Below, piece after piece: positions 1-12,000 of a DNA stretch of 64,000 nt. The stretch is from assembly GCA_001600815.1 (NCBI GenBank), contig BCKZ01000035.1:1-64000 (forward strand), given 5' to 3'. The notes below the pieces were generated by a model that was given only the letters and a program-made list of their open reading frames with translations, made no database searches and had not been told where the DNA came from. The position numbers and the translations under genes are program-made. The stretch is from Alloascoidea hylecoeti. Taxonomy: Eukaryota. Position 1 is the stretch's first letter, and every line of letters begins with the position of its first letter.

Positions 1-1976
1 TTGCCGGAAGAGGATGTAGAAGCAATACTAGTTGATTTACCGGCTGATGATGTAACACCAGTGCTATATGATTGAGAAGCAGAGGTAATAGCAGAACTCG
101 ATGATTCTGCACTTGAAGATGTAACAGCAAAGCTAGATGATTTTGCACTTGAAGTTGAAACATCAGAGCTAGATGACTTGACAATTGAGGCTGTAGCGGA
201 GCCAGATGATTTCCCGATTGAGGTTGTAACAGAGCTAGATGATTCTTTACTTGAAGATGCAACAGCGGAACTAGATGATTTTGAAGCAGATGTAACGGCT
301 AAACTAGAAGATGTTGTACTGAGCGATTCAACGGCAGAAGAGGTAGTCTCAAAAGAAGCAATAGAAGAACTTAAAACAGTAGAATGGATAGAAGATGAAG
401 TAATGGTCCCTTCGGATTTTGTGGTTGACGACGATACCTTACTAGTGTGACTATCCTTTGTGGTGGTACATGACGTCTTAGTATTTGACGTCTTAGTATT
501 TGACGTCTTAGTTCTTGTTGTTTTAGTACTAACCATTGAAGACTCAGAAGTAGTGTCCGATTCAGATTCACTCCAACACCAAGTGGGACTTGAAGCTCCA
601 CTATCACATCCGGTTCTATAATCGTTACTATTGAAATAATTATTAACCCAATCATACTGNTAATTGATTTGTGAAGCACACTTAAGCCCATTAGAGTTTG
701 TAGTAACACCAGAATCAGTTAAAGTATAGCTGAAAGAGAAAGGATTCTGATCACTATTAGTGATTCCAACATTGTTATTTGAATAAAAGATTTTAGTAAC
801 GGGTGATGTTATCTTGTACTCCCAAACGTTAGATAATGTTGCACTACCAGTATTCGATAAAACAAAAGAATAAGTCAAACTGTAAGATCCACTACTAAGT
901 TTTTCAACATTAGTTAATGTGATTTTACCAGAAGGAGAGCTTGAACTAGATGAAGAAGTAAGAGTACATGATGGTTGAATCGAATAACCCCCACAGCTAG
1001 ATGATTCAGAAGCAGATGTAACGGCTGTACTAGATGATTCGGTAGCAGAGGTAAGAGTAGAGCCAGATGATTTAGAAGTTGAAGATGTAGTAGCAGTGCT
1101 GAATGTTTTGCCGGAAGAGGATGTAGAAGCAATACTAGTTGATTTACCGGCTGATGATGTAACACCAGTGCTATATGATTGAGAAGCAGAGGTAATAGCA
1201 GAGCTTGATGATTTTTCACTTGAAGATGTAACAGCATAACTAGATGACTTACCGGTTGAGGTTTTAACAATAGAACTAGAAAATTCTTCACTTGAAGTTG
1301 TAATTGCAGAGCTAGATGATTTACCGGTTGAAGATGTAACAACAGAGCTAGATGACTTGGNAATTGAAGATATAACAGCAGAGTTGGATGATTCGATTGA
1401 AAGAACAGTGCTGCTACTAGGAATTGACAAAGTGCTTGAAGTTTTGGTACTAACTACAGAACATTGAGAACCAGTGTCTGATTCAGATTCACTCCAACAC
1501 CAAGTGGGACTTGAAGCTCCACTATCACATCCGGTTCTATAATCCCCACTGTTGAAGTAATTATTAACCCAATCATACTGGTAATTGATTTGTGAAGCAC
1601 ACTTAAGCCCATTAGAGTTTGTAGTAACACCAGAATCAGTTAAAGTATAGCTGAAAGAGAAAGGATTCTGATCACTATTAGTGATTCCAACATTGTTATT
1701 TGAATAAAAGATTTTAGTAACGGGTGATGTTATCTTGTACTCCCAAACGTTAGATAATGTTGCACTACCAGTATTCGATAAAACAAAAGAATAAGTCAAA
1801 CTGTAAGATCCACTACTAAGTTTTTCAACATTAGTTAATGTGATTTTACCAGAAGGAGAGCTTGAACTAGATGAGGAAGTGAGAGTACATGATGGTTGAA
1901 TTGAATAACTTGCGTCTGCAAAAGCAAATGAAATGAAAAAAGTAAAGAAGAGGAAAAAACGAATGTTTAATTCCAT
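1..1976 (-). CDS. Flo11-domain adhesin/flocculin with at least two tandem Flo11-like domains; runs off the left edge
   Basis: ATG at 1976 gives MELNIRFFLFFTFFISFAFA (signal peptide), paralogous to 9056..12517. Domain YSIQPSC...VWEYKI...NPFSF...YQYDW...TGCD...PTWCW occurs at 1494..1907 and again in frame 921 bp further (573..986), separated and followed by Ser/Thr-rich sequence. Probably absent from the ORF track because no stop lies inside the window. Confidence 0.85.
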   Translation of the reverse strand, partial: MELNIRFFLFFTFFISFAFADASYSIQPSCTLTSSSSSSSPSGKITLTNVEKLSSGSYSLTYSFVLSNTGSATLSNVWEYKITSPVTKIFYSNNNVGITNSDQNPFSFSYTLTDSGVTTNSNGLKCASQINYQYDWVNNYFNSGDYRTGCDSGASSPTWCWSESESDTGSQCSVVSTKTSSTLSIPSSSTVLSIESSNSAVISSIXKSSSSVVTSSTGKSSSSAITTSSEEFSSSIVKTSTGKSSSYAVTSSSEKSSSSAITSASQSYSTGVTSSAGKSTSIASTSSSGKTFSTATTSSTSKSSGSTLTSATESSSTAVTSASESSSCGGYSIQPSCTLTSSSSSSSPSGKITLTNVEKLSSGSYSLTYSFVLSNTGSATLSNVWEYKITSPVTKIFYSNNNVGITNSDQNPFSFSYTLTDSGVTTNSNGLKCASQINXQYDWVNNYFNSNDYRTGCDSGASSPTWCWSESESDTTSESSMVSTKTTRTKTSNTKTSNTKTSCTTTKDSHTSKVSSSTTKSEGTITSSSIHSTVLSSSIASFETTSSAVESLSTTSSSLAVTSASKSSSSAVASSSKESSSSVTTSIGKSSGSATASIVKSSSSDVSTSSAKSSSFAVTSSSAESSSSAITSASQSYSTGVTSSAGKSTSIASTSSSG
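573..1907 (-). repeat. Near-identical ~414-bp Flo11-domain coding unit (573..986, 1494..1907; third copy 12035..12448)
   Basis: Direct comparison shows only a handful of substitutions among the three copies. Confidence 0.95.
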
Positions 1977-4550
1977 TTTGCAATTGCTAAAAAAAACGAA
2001 TGTTGTAAAATATCTGATAATGGAAAGCTATTCTCTTTTATACCATTTCATCGAGAATAGAAATAGTGATTAATTCTTTCTGCCATCATTTTGACGTATG
2101 CATAATTTATATTTTAATTAATATTTTCATTTTAACATTGCATATACATATGCAATGGTGATGCACCGGAATCTTTTTTATAAAGGATCAAGATTAGAAT
2201 ATTGCAATTGGCTTCAGTCTTCAGGAGGTCAAATAAACTCTGAGTTCAATTCAATTTCTGTCAATTAAAAATTTGAATTTAGCAGGGATTAGCTAGTAGT
2301 AATGCAATCCTAGTAAATTGAAAGACAACAGGCATAAAAGTGTTATATAGATGTCTAAATTATAATTGTCAATATAAGGTGATTGATCAACATTTCAATG
2401 GGCCTATATGTCTGTAAAACTATCCTCATAATACTATTTATATTTTGAATCATGATCATGATCGTATTCAATTAATTAATATCAAAAGTATCATCCTGAA
2501 TTTTAATGGCGGCTACTATTTCGGATCCTGAGCTTTTAATCAAGTGTATGCGGACAGTTTGACTGGAGATTATTGGTCGGTTTAAAATCATTGAATATAA
2601 GAAATATATATATTTCTGGAGGAATTATACTGGTATTAACTATGTATATATGTTGTATTGTTTTCATATCTCCCAACATATATAGATCTTACGCTCAATC
2701 ATTAATATTGAGATTAATATTAAGTTTAAGTTTAAGGGATTATAACTAGTCATAAATAAAGTTATAGCGGTAATCATAGGTTATATTTGCTATAATATAT
2801 ATTTGGAATAATGATAATTGAGTATGTAAAAATGTCCCAATATCTTCAACAAATTTAGATGATGAATTCTAAGAAAAATATATAAACGTTTGATCAAATG
2901 CATGTGAATATTCCAGAATATAAATTTATGCACTGCAGCTGATAAAGTTTCGTCCGATAATTATTCATTTGGTTGACATGTATCGGCTTTCTTACATGGT
3001 ATATAATGATAATGTGGATCCAATTGCATTGCATATTAGGAGATATTTCAGATAATAGTCCCTACTCCCTATAATAATGCAGTGACATTGCAGTCACAGG
3101 ATTTTGAAATTTCAATAGTGGTTACAAAATTAATATCTTGTAAATATTATACCACTAAAACTTGAGATATAATATATAACAGTGCCATTAATTATAAATT
3201 ATAAGCTCAGAGCAAATCGAATTATATATAAGGCGGATCAATATAGTGGTCTTATAACTTATATATAGTTGTTATACATTAATTAATATTGCAATTATTC
3301 CATATATAGCTATCTATTTAATATATATAGTGTAAATTTTCATAAGAATCCGGAAGACAGTTACTTGTATAGCTTAATTATATGTGACATAATTAGTCTA
3401 GAACTATACTCTAGATATTTATAATTATATACATGTATGTGTGTTATATTAATTTCACATGCCTTAACTGGAGAGCATGAATGAAAATCTATAGCTTATT
3501 ATATCTTTATATATTTAAGGTGAATCTATACTCAGGCCTTGGATGGTCAAGAAGAAGAAGAACCACTTATAACTAAAAGTAATTGCTAAATATATGTGAC
3601 CTTAAAGGAAAGCTTTGTAATCCCAATTATTGGAGATTTTCTGCATATGTAATATTAATCATAAAAACACATATATATGCATAGCTTTCTTATAAGAGGG
3701 CTTAGGCTTAGTAGTAAATTTAACTCATATATACAGTTTTCTTACTAGTAATAAATTATTCTTCTATTTTATTTATTACAATACCTATATTTACTATTGT
3801 CTAGTAACTAATTGCAAGTTTTGCAATAGGATAATAGATAATAGATAAATTGCCTGATTCTGGAAAGAGAATTTCAATATTCACGATAGCGTACCCTCAG
3901 GACGATTCATAGCCATAAGGCTAGCTATAAGGAGAAATGTGTGTATTAGGGTACATTGATAATCAGATTGATTCTATAACATTAATGACTTATAGTTATA
4001 GGTCCTATAATATTAATACCTATAATCATATACCAATAATCAGCGTAATTAATCGCAACCCCAGATATAAATATCGATATAGATTTTCGTGCATTGGTGG
4101 ATTAAAATCCACATGATTAGTTTGTTTGTTATGCTGGATACTGGATACTAGGCTACTAGCTAGAACCGGAGAAAATGGTTTCCAGATCCACGAATTCGAA
4201 AGCCATGAAACAATACTCAGTCACTAGCAAGAGCTAGTGGCGAACTGGCTGGAAGACTCAAAATATGTACTAGCCATAAAGTAAACTACCAATTATATAA
4301 GTAGGGGCAACCTCATGAGTATGGTTAATGGTTGTAATGGTAACGAAACCCAGATTCAGCTTAGAACATATAATTATATATGCATAGGTATTTCTGTGTA
4401 TGCAAGATCGATACCGTAAGATACGGAGGGATGTTTCAGATTTTCCCAGCATGTTGGTAAATCCTCTGAAAATTTTGAGACCTGCGTTTCCATGCATTCT
4501 CTTACGGATGTAATTTCAAATCAGTGTAGAATCGGTGTAGATGACCATTT
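1977..4550. promoter_or_regulatory. Long ORF-free upstream region of adhesin 1, homologous to 12518..15330
   Basis: Colinear shared words: gatcctga(g/a)ctttt (~2524/13108), ttctaagaaaa (~2867/13441), cttgtaaatattata (~3137/13795), aaggcggatca (~3230/13879), aattagtctaga (~3391/14035), ctagtaactaat (~3801/14496), tttcaaatca...gtgtagaatc (~4514/15280). Confidence 0.75.
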
Positions 4551-5599
4551 ATATACAAGCCATAAGCCACTGCCTTCACTGAGTTCCGGCCTCCCATTTT
4601 AACCACATTAACTTGTAGGAACAAAAATCTAAAACGTTATTTAATGAATAAAATATTATACGGTGGGTAACCAGATCTTAGTAATGTTGCGCCGTAATTT
4701 TGTTTCATTCACAACCGTTTGGGGTGCTGACCCACCAGTATACGTTATTATACGCTTAAATCCCATATTCACCGACTTGTAGGTACTAAGCAGGACATTT
4801 GCGCCATTTCAAAGCTATACGATGAAATAAGATCTAGTGTTATCCACCATTATTCCTCTAAACTATTTCGAATTCATAAACATGATGATGTAGATGATTT
4901 TAAGTTGTGAGAGATGCCCTCTTTTTCTTGGCAGGAAATAAGGTTTGAAAGTTGGTTTTACATTCGGGAAAACTATTTGAACATCTTAGTTATAAAGCGG
5001 AACTTATAGAAAGATTTGGTTGTTGAGAATTTCACGCTATAATTCGACGCAACAGATTTACGGTAATATGACACGAATTTCATTTTTTCCTGGGGAGCGA
5101 ATAGTTTTTTTTATTACCTACACTCTTAATAGACTGTACGGTGAAGCAAGGGCAAAGTAGGCGTAAGGTTTAAGGATAAAGTTACTGATAGATGGGCGGC
5201 ACTGTTCAGTGATCCTGGATCCTGGTAAATGAAGAGAAGATCCGATATCGATATATAACTAAAATACACTCCTGAGTATCAACAGTTGTACTTCTTTTTT
5301 TCTTTAGGGGACAAAAATCATAATATTTTAAATATATCGGAATTAATATCAGAATTCCGTTAAGACTCTTAAGAGAGATTTCACGTAATGGCAATCCCAA
5401 AAAAACACAACCAACTAATTATGAGCAGATTGAAATGTGTAATCTGAGTAAACATTGGTCGTCAATTGGTAAAATAGGCAAAACTTTTAATATTAACCCT
5501 CCGAAAAAGGAATATGTGAAGAACTCTTCTAGTATAGGGCCTACATAATTTATTGAAAGGGTGGTAAAATTAAAGCTTTCCTTTTGAGTGCGTTTTTTC

Positions 5600-5960
5600 G
5601 TCTGGTTACTCGCCATCTTTGTTCGTCCGACCAGAATCCATTTGAGCACAAATGGAAACTCTTCAAAAAGTACGTCACGAGGCAGAAATTGCGATCATGA
5701 GCCTTCCACATGATGTAAAGATGAAAAAGGACCTATAATTGGAGCCTCTTTCGGACTATTATGAATTAGGGTATAATTGATAAACGGATTGACTCTATGC
5801 CTCTTAGAGCGGTTAAGGGCGCTAACACTATATAACAAGCTTGATATTACTTCATGGACTAATAGAATCTTTAGAATTTACGGAGAATTATGTACTATTT
5901 TAGGAACAGCTTAATGCCTTGTAGAGTTCTCAGTAACTGGTCATAATATTGTCATTTCTA
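5600..5960 (+). pseudogene. Decayed coding relic of an unidentified family, related to 53510..53880
   Basis: Translates LRALTL...WTNRIFRIYGEL...*CLVEFSVTGHNI with an internal stop; colinear match to the second relic. Confidence 0.5.
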
Positions 5961-6092
5961 TATTGACCAAAAAGAAAGCACAACTTTTAACTTTTTCCGG
6001 TTGTACTTAATATTCTATATCTTTCTTTACCTGAATATGCGCATACAACACACTACACAAAAATATTTAATTGGCTCATAAGCTTTTAATTT

Positions 6093-6263
6093 GGGAGTCT
6101 TATGACTCCCTGATCCAGATATGATGGTATGATTCATATACATCATTGCCTGATTGGTCCTATGCAAATGAGTCAAATACAATGACTTCCTGATACAAAA
6201 GTGATGGTATGATTCATATGCATCATTACCCGATTGGTCTTACACAAATTTACAAATGAGTCA
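6093..6263 (+). promoter_or_regulatory. ~80-bp tandem duplication in the transporter promoter with TGAGTCA (Gcn4/AP-1-like) and ATTGG (CCAAT) motifs
   Basis: Units start at 6102 and 6182 (atgact..ctgat..tgatggtatgattcata..catcatt..gattggtc..caaatgagtca). TGAGTCA at 6169 and 6257; palindrome gggagtc-ttat-gactccc at 6093..6110. Confidence 0.65.
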
Positions 6264-6354
6264 GTCCAGCACCACATATTTAAAGTATTTATTCAATAAG
6301 AAAAAGATATTCCTTCTTGTCATTTTTTTCCTTACTGCTAATCTTCGAACAAAA

Positions 6355-8419
6355 ATGGGGGGTTTGTCAAATCCAGCATCCAATGGTATAATTTATACCA
6401 CTTACTCAATCATACTGTAAGTATAAAACCAAAGGTAGGTTGTGCCAATCAAACAAGGAACAGATATTTGGTTCCCGGCCTACACAAAGGGGAATCCTCT
6501 TCGATCAGAAGTCTCGATAAATAAAAATGATTATGAATGTGACTAATAAATAAATCTACTTTAGTGTTGTTTGTGTCGGAATTGCAATATGGAAGCATTC
6601 AAACGATTCATTCTTATCCTCAAATAAAACACAAAAGGGTAATATAATAAATAAATGAAGTTTTTCGTTTCAATCGAATCAAACTAACATCAATAGCTAT
6701 TCCTTTATCTTTGAATTTCGTTGCTTCATGTGTGTTTACTTGCTTTCTTAAGTTTTCATGATGAAAAATAGGTCAGATATGCAAACCTGTTTTCCTCATA
6801 AATGTGCAAATTAAATCTAAGCACCCAAAGAAAGTATAATCACATCAATAGGCATTGATATCTGGTTTATTATATCGCCTACATTCTTGTAGCTGATACG
6901 GGTGCTCTTAACCTAACAAGGTTATTTGCTGAGATTATACTGTTTTAATTCGATCGAGTTAATAGTCGCGTGAGGAAAACAAACCGCTATATTGTCTTAT
7001 TTCACATCTAAAACTGTTTGTAAATTGTGAACATGAACTAACCAATGTTTTTAGCGATGGGTGTTGGAATTTTAACAACATATCCTGAAATCGCTGGAAT
7101 AGCGGGATTGGAAGGCCTACTAGTTTATTCTATAACCTCTGCATTACCTATTATGATTTTTGCATTTTTGGGACCAATAATTAGGAGAAAGTGTCCTGAT
7201 GGATTTGTATTAACAGAATGGGTATTCCAAAGATTTGGTGTCGTCACTGGATTATATTTATCTGCCTTTACAATTTTAACCATGTACTTATATATGGTTG
7301 GTGAATTAACTGCTTTGCAAACGTGTGTTGAGAGCTTAACAGGAGTTTCAGTTACTCCAGTGCTGATTACCGAGTGCATTGTGACTAGTATCTATACGTG
7401 TATTGGTGGGTTTAAAGTGAGTTTCATTACTGATAACATACAAGGGGTTATGGTTCTATTATTGCTGATTATTTGTTCTTGTGCGATGGGTACCAAAATC
7501 GATGTCAATCACGATATAATCGAAAAGTCTGGGTACTTAAAATCTAACAAATTAGGTGGTCAATTGATTTATATTTTATTAGTTGCTATTGCTACTAACG
7601 ACTGTTTCTTATCTGGATTTTGGTTGAGAACTTTTGCATCAAGAACAGATAGAGATTTGCTGATTGGTACTTCAATTGCGTCGTTTGTTATTTTTGTCTT
7701 CTTATTTCTTATAGGATTCACTGGCCTTTTAGCAGTTTGGGGTGGTTATTTAGAGTCATATTCAGATAATGCTTCCAACTCATTTTTCATTATTTTAAGC
7801 ACTATGCCTGGATGGGTAATTGGATTTGTTTTGGTGTTTTGCGTAATTCTATCAACCGCAACATTTGATTCTTTACAATCTGCAATGGTGTCATCGATAT
7901 CTAACGATTTATCCAGAAACAAACTTCCTATCGTTTATATTAGAGTGGTGGTTATTATTGTTATGGTTCCAGTTATAGTTGTTGCATTAAAAGGAGCAGA
8001 TATATTACAAATTTACTTGATTGCTGGTTTCTTCTTCGGTTATACCTATTTTGTTGTTAGGTCTTTCGGACAAATTTTGGTTCTTAACTGGTTGGGAAGT
8101 TGTTGGTGGTGGCTTAGGAGGTCTATTAGGGGTTTTCATTTTTGGAACCATATATCTAGGCAATGCTAGAGATGGAGGGCGACTATTATTACTTTGGGAT
8201 GGCCTTTACGTGGATAATTGGAGTGCTTTTGGAGCCTTTGTTGTTGCACCTTTTGGAGGGCTTCTTGTCGGATTTATAATTCTAGCTTTTAGATATTGTG
8301 TCTTATGGATCATAAGTGAAGAGAAAATTTTTGAAGGGTTTAAGCGACCATCACCTGTTCTAGACAAACAAAGTAGTGAACCTGAGATTGTTGCCGCTAT
8401 AGATAATTATACTACATAG
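6355..8419 (+). CDS. DUR31: DUR31-type sodium:solute symporter (probable thiamine transporter); 4 exons, frameshifted near 8026
   Basis: Exons 6355-6416, 6565-6638, 6697-6729 and 7055 onward join in frame: MGGLSNPASNGIIYTTYSIIL-VVCVGIAIWKHSNDSFLSSNKTQK-AIPLSLNFVAS-SMGVGILTTYPEIA. Introns: GTAAGT..GACTAAT..TAG, GTAATA..AACTAAC..TAG, GTGTGT..AACTAAC..TAG. SSS-like multi-TM protein (FITDNIQG, GFWLRTFAS, DSLQSA). The C-terminus continues in ORF 8021..8419. Confidence 0.8.
6898..6981 (+). ncRNA. TPP riboswitch aptamer in intron 3 of the DUR31-like gene
   Basis: ACGGGTGC..(taacct/aggtta hairpin)..CTGAGATTATACTGT-TTTAATTCGATCGAGTTAATAGTCGCGTGAGGA follows the fungal TPP aptamer order GGTG...CTGAGA-TTATAC...AA-CTTGATC...TAAT...GCG...AGGA. 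P2 pairs acgg/ctgt. The host gene family is known to carry intronic TPP riboswitches. Confidence 0.85.
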
Positions 8420-9055
8420 AAACTTTATTAGTATCAATCAAACATCTCAACCCATCCATGCTCTATGTGGCCGAATTTAAGTGAAATAAATGTATAATTC
8501 TTGGGTTCTATATTATCCATATCCACTAATATACTGTTAAATCAAACAAAAACACAAAAACATTTGTAAGTATCTAGCCAAGATAACGTTTAATGTTAAC
8601 CTAAGTTTATAGTGATGCCCTTAACTAGATCAAAGTTCATCAAACTCTAAAGCGCCACATATATTTATATACATAATAATACTGTGTTATCATTATTAAT
8701 ATTATATTATAGCAAGTTTAGTTATAGCTAATAGATTGATGTTCTTAACTAAGTGATCTCGACATCTTATACAAGTTATAATATATTAATAAGTATTTGG
8801 TATAATACTACTATTTAGTTATTATTATCAATAGTCTATGTAATTAATTTTTACTCTATCAATGAGAAAACAAAACTTTTAGAGTGTCGTGATTAGATCC
8901 AGAAGAATTCATAAAAATCGGAAAAACATTAACATTATATAAGAATGTAAAATTAAAAAAAGCATGTATGCATACTGGAAATCAAATGCATAGGAAAAAA
9001 ATTAAAGAATATCAAAATTTGAAAAATAAAAAACATACCAAAATCACATAATCAT

Positions 9056-12000
9056 TCAGAAAACAAATACCATCCCAACTGCAAGAATACTGGCAATCAA
9101 AGTAGATGAAGAGTAGGATAATATCGAGGCTCCACCTGTACTAGTTTCAATAGTGCCAGTCGGTGAAGCACTTGAAGGGGAAGATGTGCTACCATAATTT
9201 GCAATTGAACTAGTAGCAACAGTAGAAAAGCTTGAAGGAACAGCAGAAACAGATGTAGTAGATGTCTTTTCTACAGCTTCAACACTAGAAGGCTGTTGAC
9301 AATCAGAACTAGAACATTTAACAAAAGTTGAGGATGAAGGAACAGAAACAGTAGATCCAGGAGTCTCAACGGCTGAAGCTATAGAGGAAGCTGTCTCATA
9401 CTCCGCTTTAATACTACCTAATGTAGTAGATGGAGAAGTAACTGTAGCTAACTCTGAAATTATTGAAGCAAGCGCTGTATTAACTGTAGCGGAAGAGGTT
9501 GTTTCAAATGTCTTTGTATTTGTAACCGAGACATAAGAAGTAGCAGGAACAACTACCTTTGAGTCTGACGTTTCAGTGACTTCAATAACCTGTGGAGTGA
9601 CATTAGTGTTGCTAGAAATTGGAACACTTGTTGAAGTAATAGCGACTACAGAAGCAGAAATAAGAACTGGAACAGTTGAACTAATAATCAATGTGGAACT
9701 AACATAAGTTGTAACAGGTGTCGTGGAAACCGAACAAGCGGGTGTAGTCTGAATAACTTCACTGCCAGAAACGGTCTTAGTTATCTCAATGTCCTTACAC
9801 GAAGTAATTGTATCGATAAAAGTGGATAACGAAGTAATTGTTACTACCTCACTAGTGATGACATAACTGGAAATATCTGAACTTGGTGCAGCAGATTGAG
9901 GAACTGATGAAACTGGAGCCGATGAAGTAGCAACGGAAACATAAACTGGAACAGTTGAGCTAATAATCAATGTGGAACTGACATATGAAGTAACTGGTTT
10001 AGAAGAAACCGAACAAGCGGGTGTAGTCTGAATAACTTCACTGCCAGAAACAGTCTTAGTTATCTCAATGTCCTTACACGAAGTAATTGTATCGATAAAA
10101 GTGGATAACGAAGTAATTGTTACTACCTCACTAGTGATGACATAACTNNNNNNNNNNNNNNNNNNNNNNNNNNNNNNNNNNNNNNNNNNNNNNNNNNNNN
10201 NNNNNNNNNNNNNNNNNNNNNNNNNNNNNNNNNNNNNNNNNNNNNNNNNNNNNNNNNNNNNNNNNNNNNNNNNNNNNNNNNNNNNNNNNNNNNNNNNNNN
10301 NNNNNNNNNNNNNNNNNNNNNNNNNNNNNNNNNNNNNNNNNNNNNNNNNNNNNNNNNNNNNNNNNNNNNNNNNNNNNNNNNNNNNNNNNNNNNNNNNNNN
10401 NNNNNNNNNNNNNNNNNNNNNNNNNNNNNNNNNNNNNNNNNNNNNNNNNNNNNNNNNNNNNNNNNNNNNNNNNNNNNNNNNNNNNNNNNNNNNNNNNNNN
10501 NNNNNNNNNNNNNNNNNNNNNNNNNNNNNNNNNNNNNNNNNNNNNNNNNNNNNNNNNNNNNNNNNNNNNNNNNNNNNNNNNNNNNNNNNNNNNNNNNNNN
10601 NNNNNNNNNNNNNNNNNNNNNNNNNNNNNNNNNNNNNNNNNNNNNNNNNNNNNNNNNNNNNNNNNNNNNNNNNNNNNNNNNNNNNNNNNNNNNNNNNNNN
10701 NNNNNNNNNNNNNNNNNNNNNNNNNNNNNNNNNNNNNNNNNNNNNNNNNNNNNNNNNNNNNNNNNNNNNNNNNNNNNNNNNNNNNNNNNNNNNNNNNNNN
10801 NNNNNNNNNNNNNNNNNNNNNNNNNNNNNNNNNNNNNNNNNNNNNNNNNNNNNNNNNNNNNNATAACAGAACTGGAAGCTTGTGTGACTGGAGTACCAGA
10901 AGAAACTGGAACAGTGGAACTAACAATGAAAGTGGAACTGACATATGAAGTAACTGGAGCAGTAGAAACTGAGCAAGCTGGTGTAGTCTCAACAACTTCA
11001 CTACCGGAAACAGTCTTGGTGATCATAACATCAGTGCATGATGTAACGCTAATGACAGTGGAGGAGGAAGACAAAGATCCAATTTCGCTACTGATAACAA
11101 AACTGGAAATCTCTGAACTTGATGAAAATTGTGGAATTGATGATGAAGCAATAGAAGTTGAAACAGGGACAGTTGAGCTAGTAATCAAGGTGGAACTAAT
11201 GTAAGTCGTCACAGGTGTAGTAGAAACTGAACAAGCGGGTGTAGTCTGAATAATTTCACTGCCAGAAACGGTCTTAGTTATCTCAATGTCCTTACACGAA
11301 GTGATTGTGTCAATGAAAGTAGATAAAGAAGTAACAGTTATTTCCTCAGTAGTAATTATAAAACTGGAAACCTTTGAACTTGGCTTAACAGAATATGGAA
11401 CTGATGATGAAGCAAGAGAGCAGGCATTTGTAGTCTTGACAACTTCAATACCAGAAATAGTCTCTGTTACAATGGATTCAGAGCATGTAGAGTAAGATAC
11501 TTTAGAACTGGGCTTAATTGAATATGGAGTTGATGATGAAGCAATGGATGATGTAACACCAGAGCTGGATGATATTGCAATTGAAGAAGTAATAGCAGAG
11601 CTGGATGAAATAGAAAACGACGTAACAGCCAAGCTAGAGGGTGTAGTAATGGGAGTTGTAGCAACTGATAAAGTGACAGTAGAACCAGATAGTGTAGCAA
11701 TAGAAGACGTTAAGATAGAACTAGATGACTTAGAAACAGATGTAGCAGCTAAACTAGAGGATATAGTACTGGGCGATTTTACAACAGAGGAAGTAGTCTC
11801 AAAAGAAGCCACAGACGAACTTAAAACAGTGGAATAGATAGATGAGACGGTAGTGGTCTTTTTGGTTTTAGTGGTTGACGAAACCTTACTAGTGTGATGA
11901 ACCTTTGTGGTAGTATAGCTAGTACTTGGTGATTCGATCGTTAAAACGGAACTCGTACTAGGAATTGACACGGTACTAGTTGTTTTAGTTCCAACTGTAG

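Noticed and set aside
178..1342. Short ORFs 178-450, 371-709 and 914-1342 (and 10884-12171)
   Set aside because: Alternative-frame or antisense shadows of the adhesin genes.
2400..4200. RIP-like TpA enrichment in the duplicated promoters
   Set aside because: TA-richness is visible but cannot be quantified by eye, RIP is not established in budding yeasts, and the duplicated coding domains are unmutated.
6758..6932. Intronic box C/D snoRNA (ATGATGA ... CTGA)
   Set aside because: The CTGA belongs to the TPP aptamer CTGAGA motif; no terminal stem or rRNA guide recognised.
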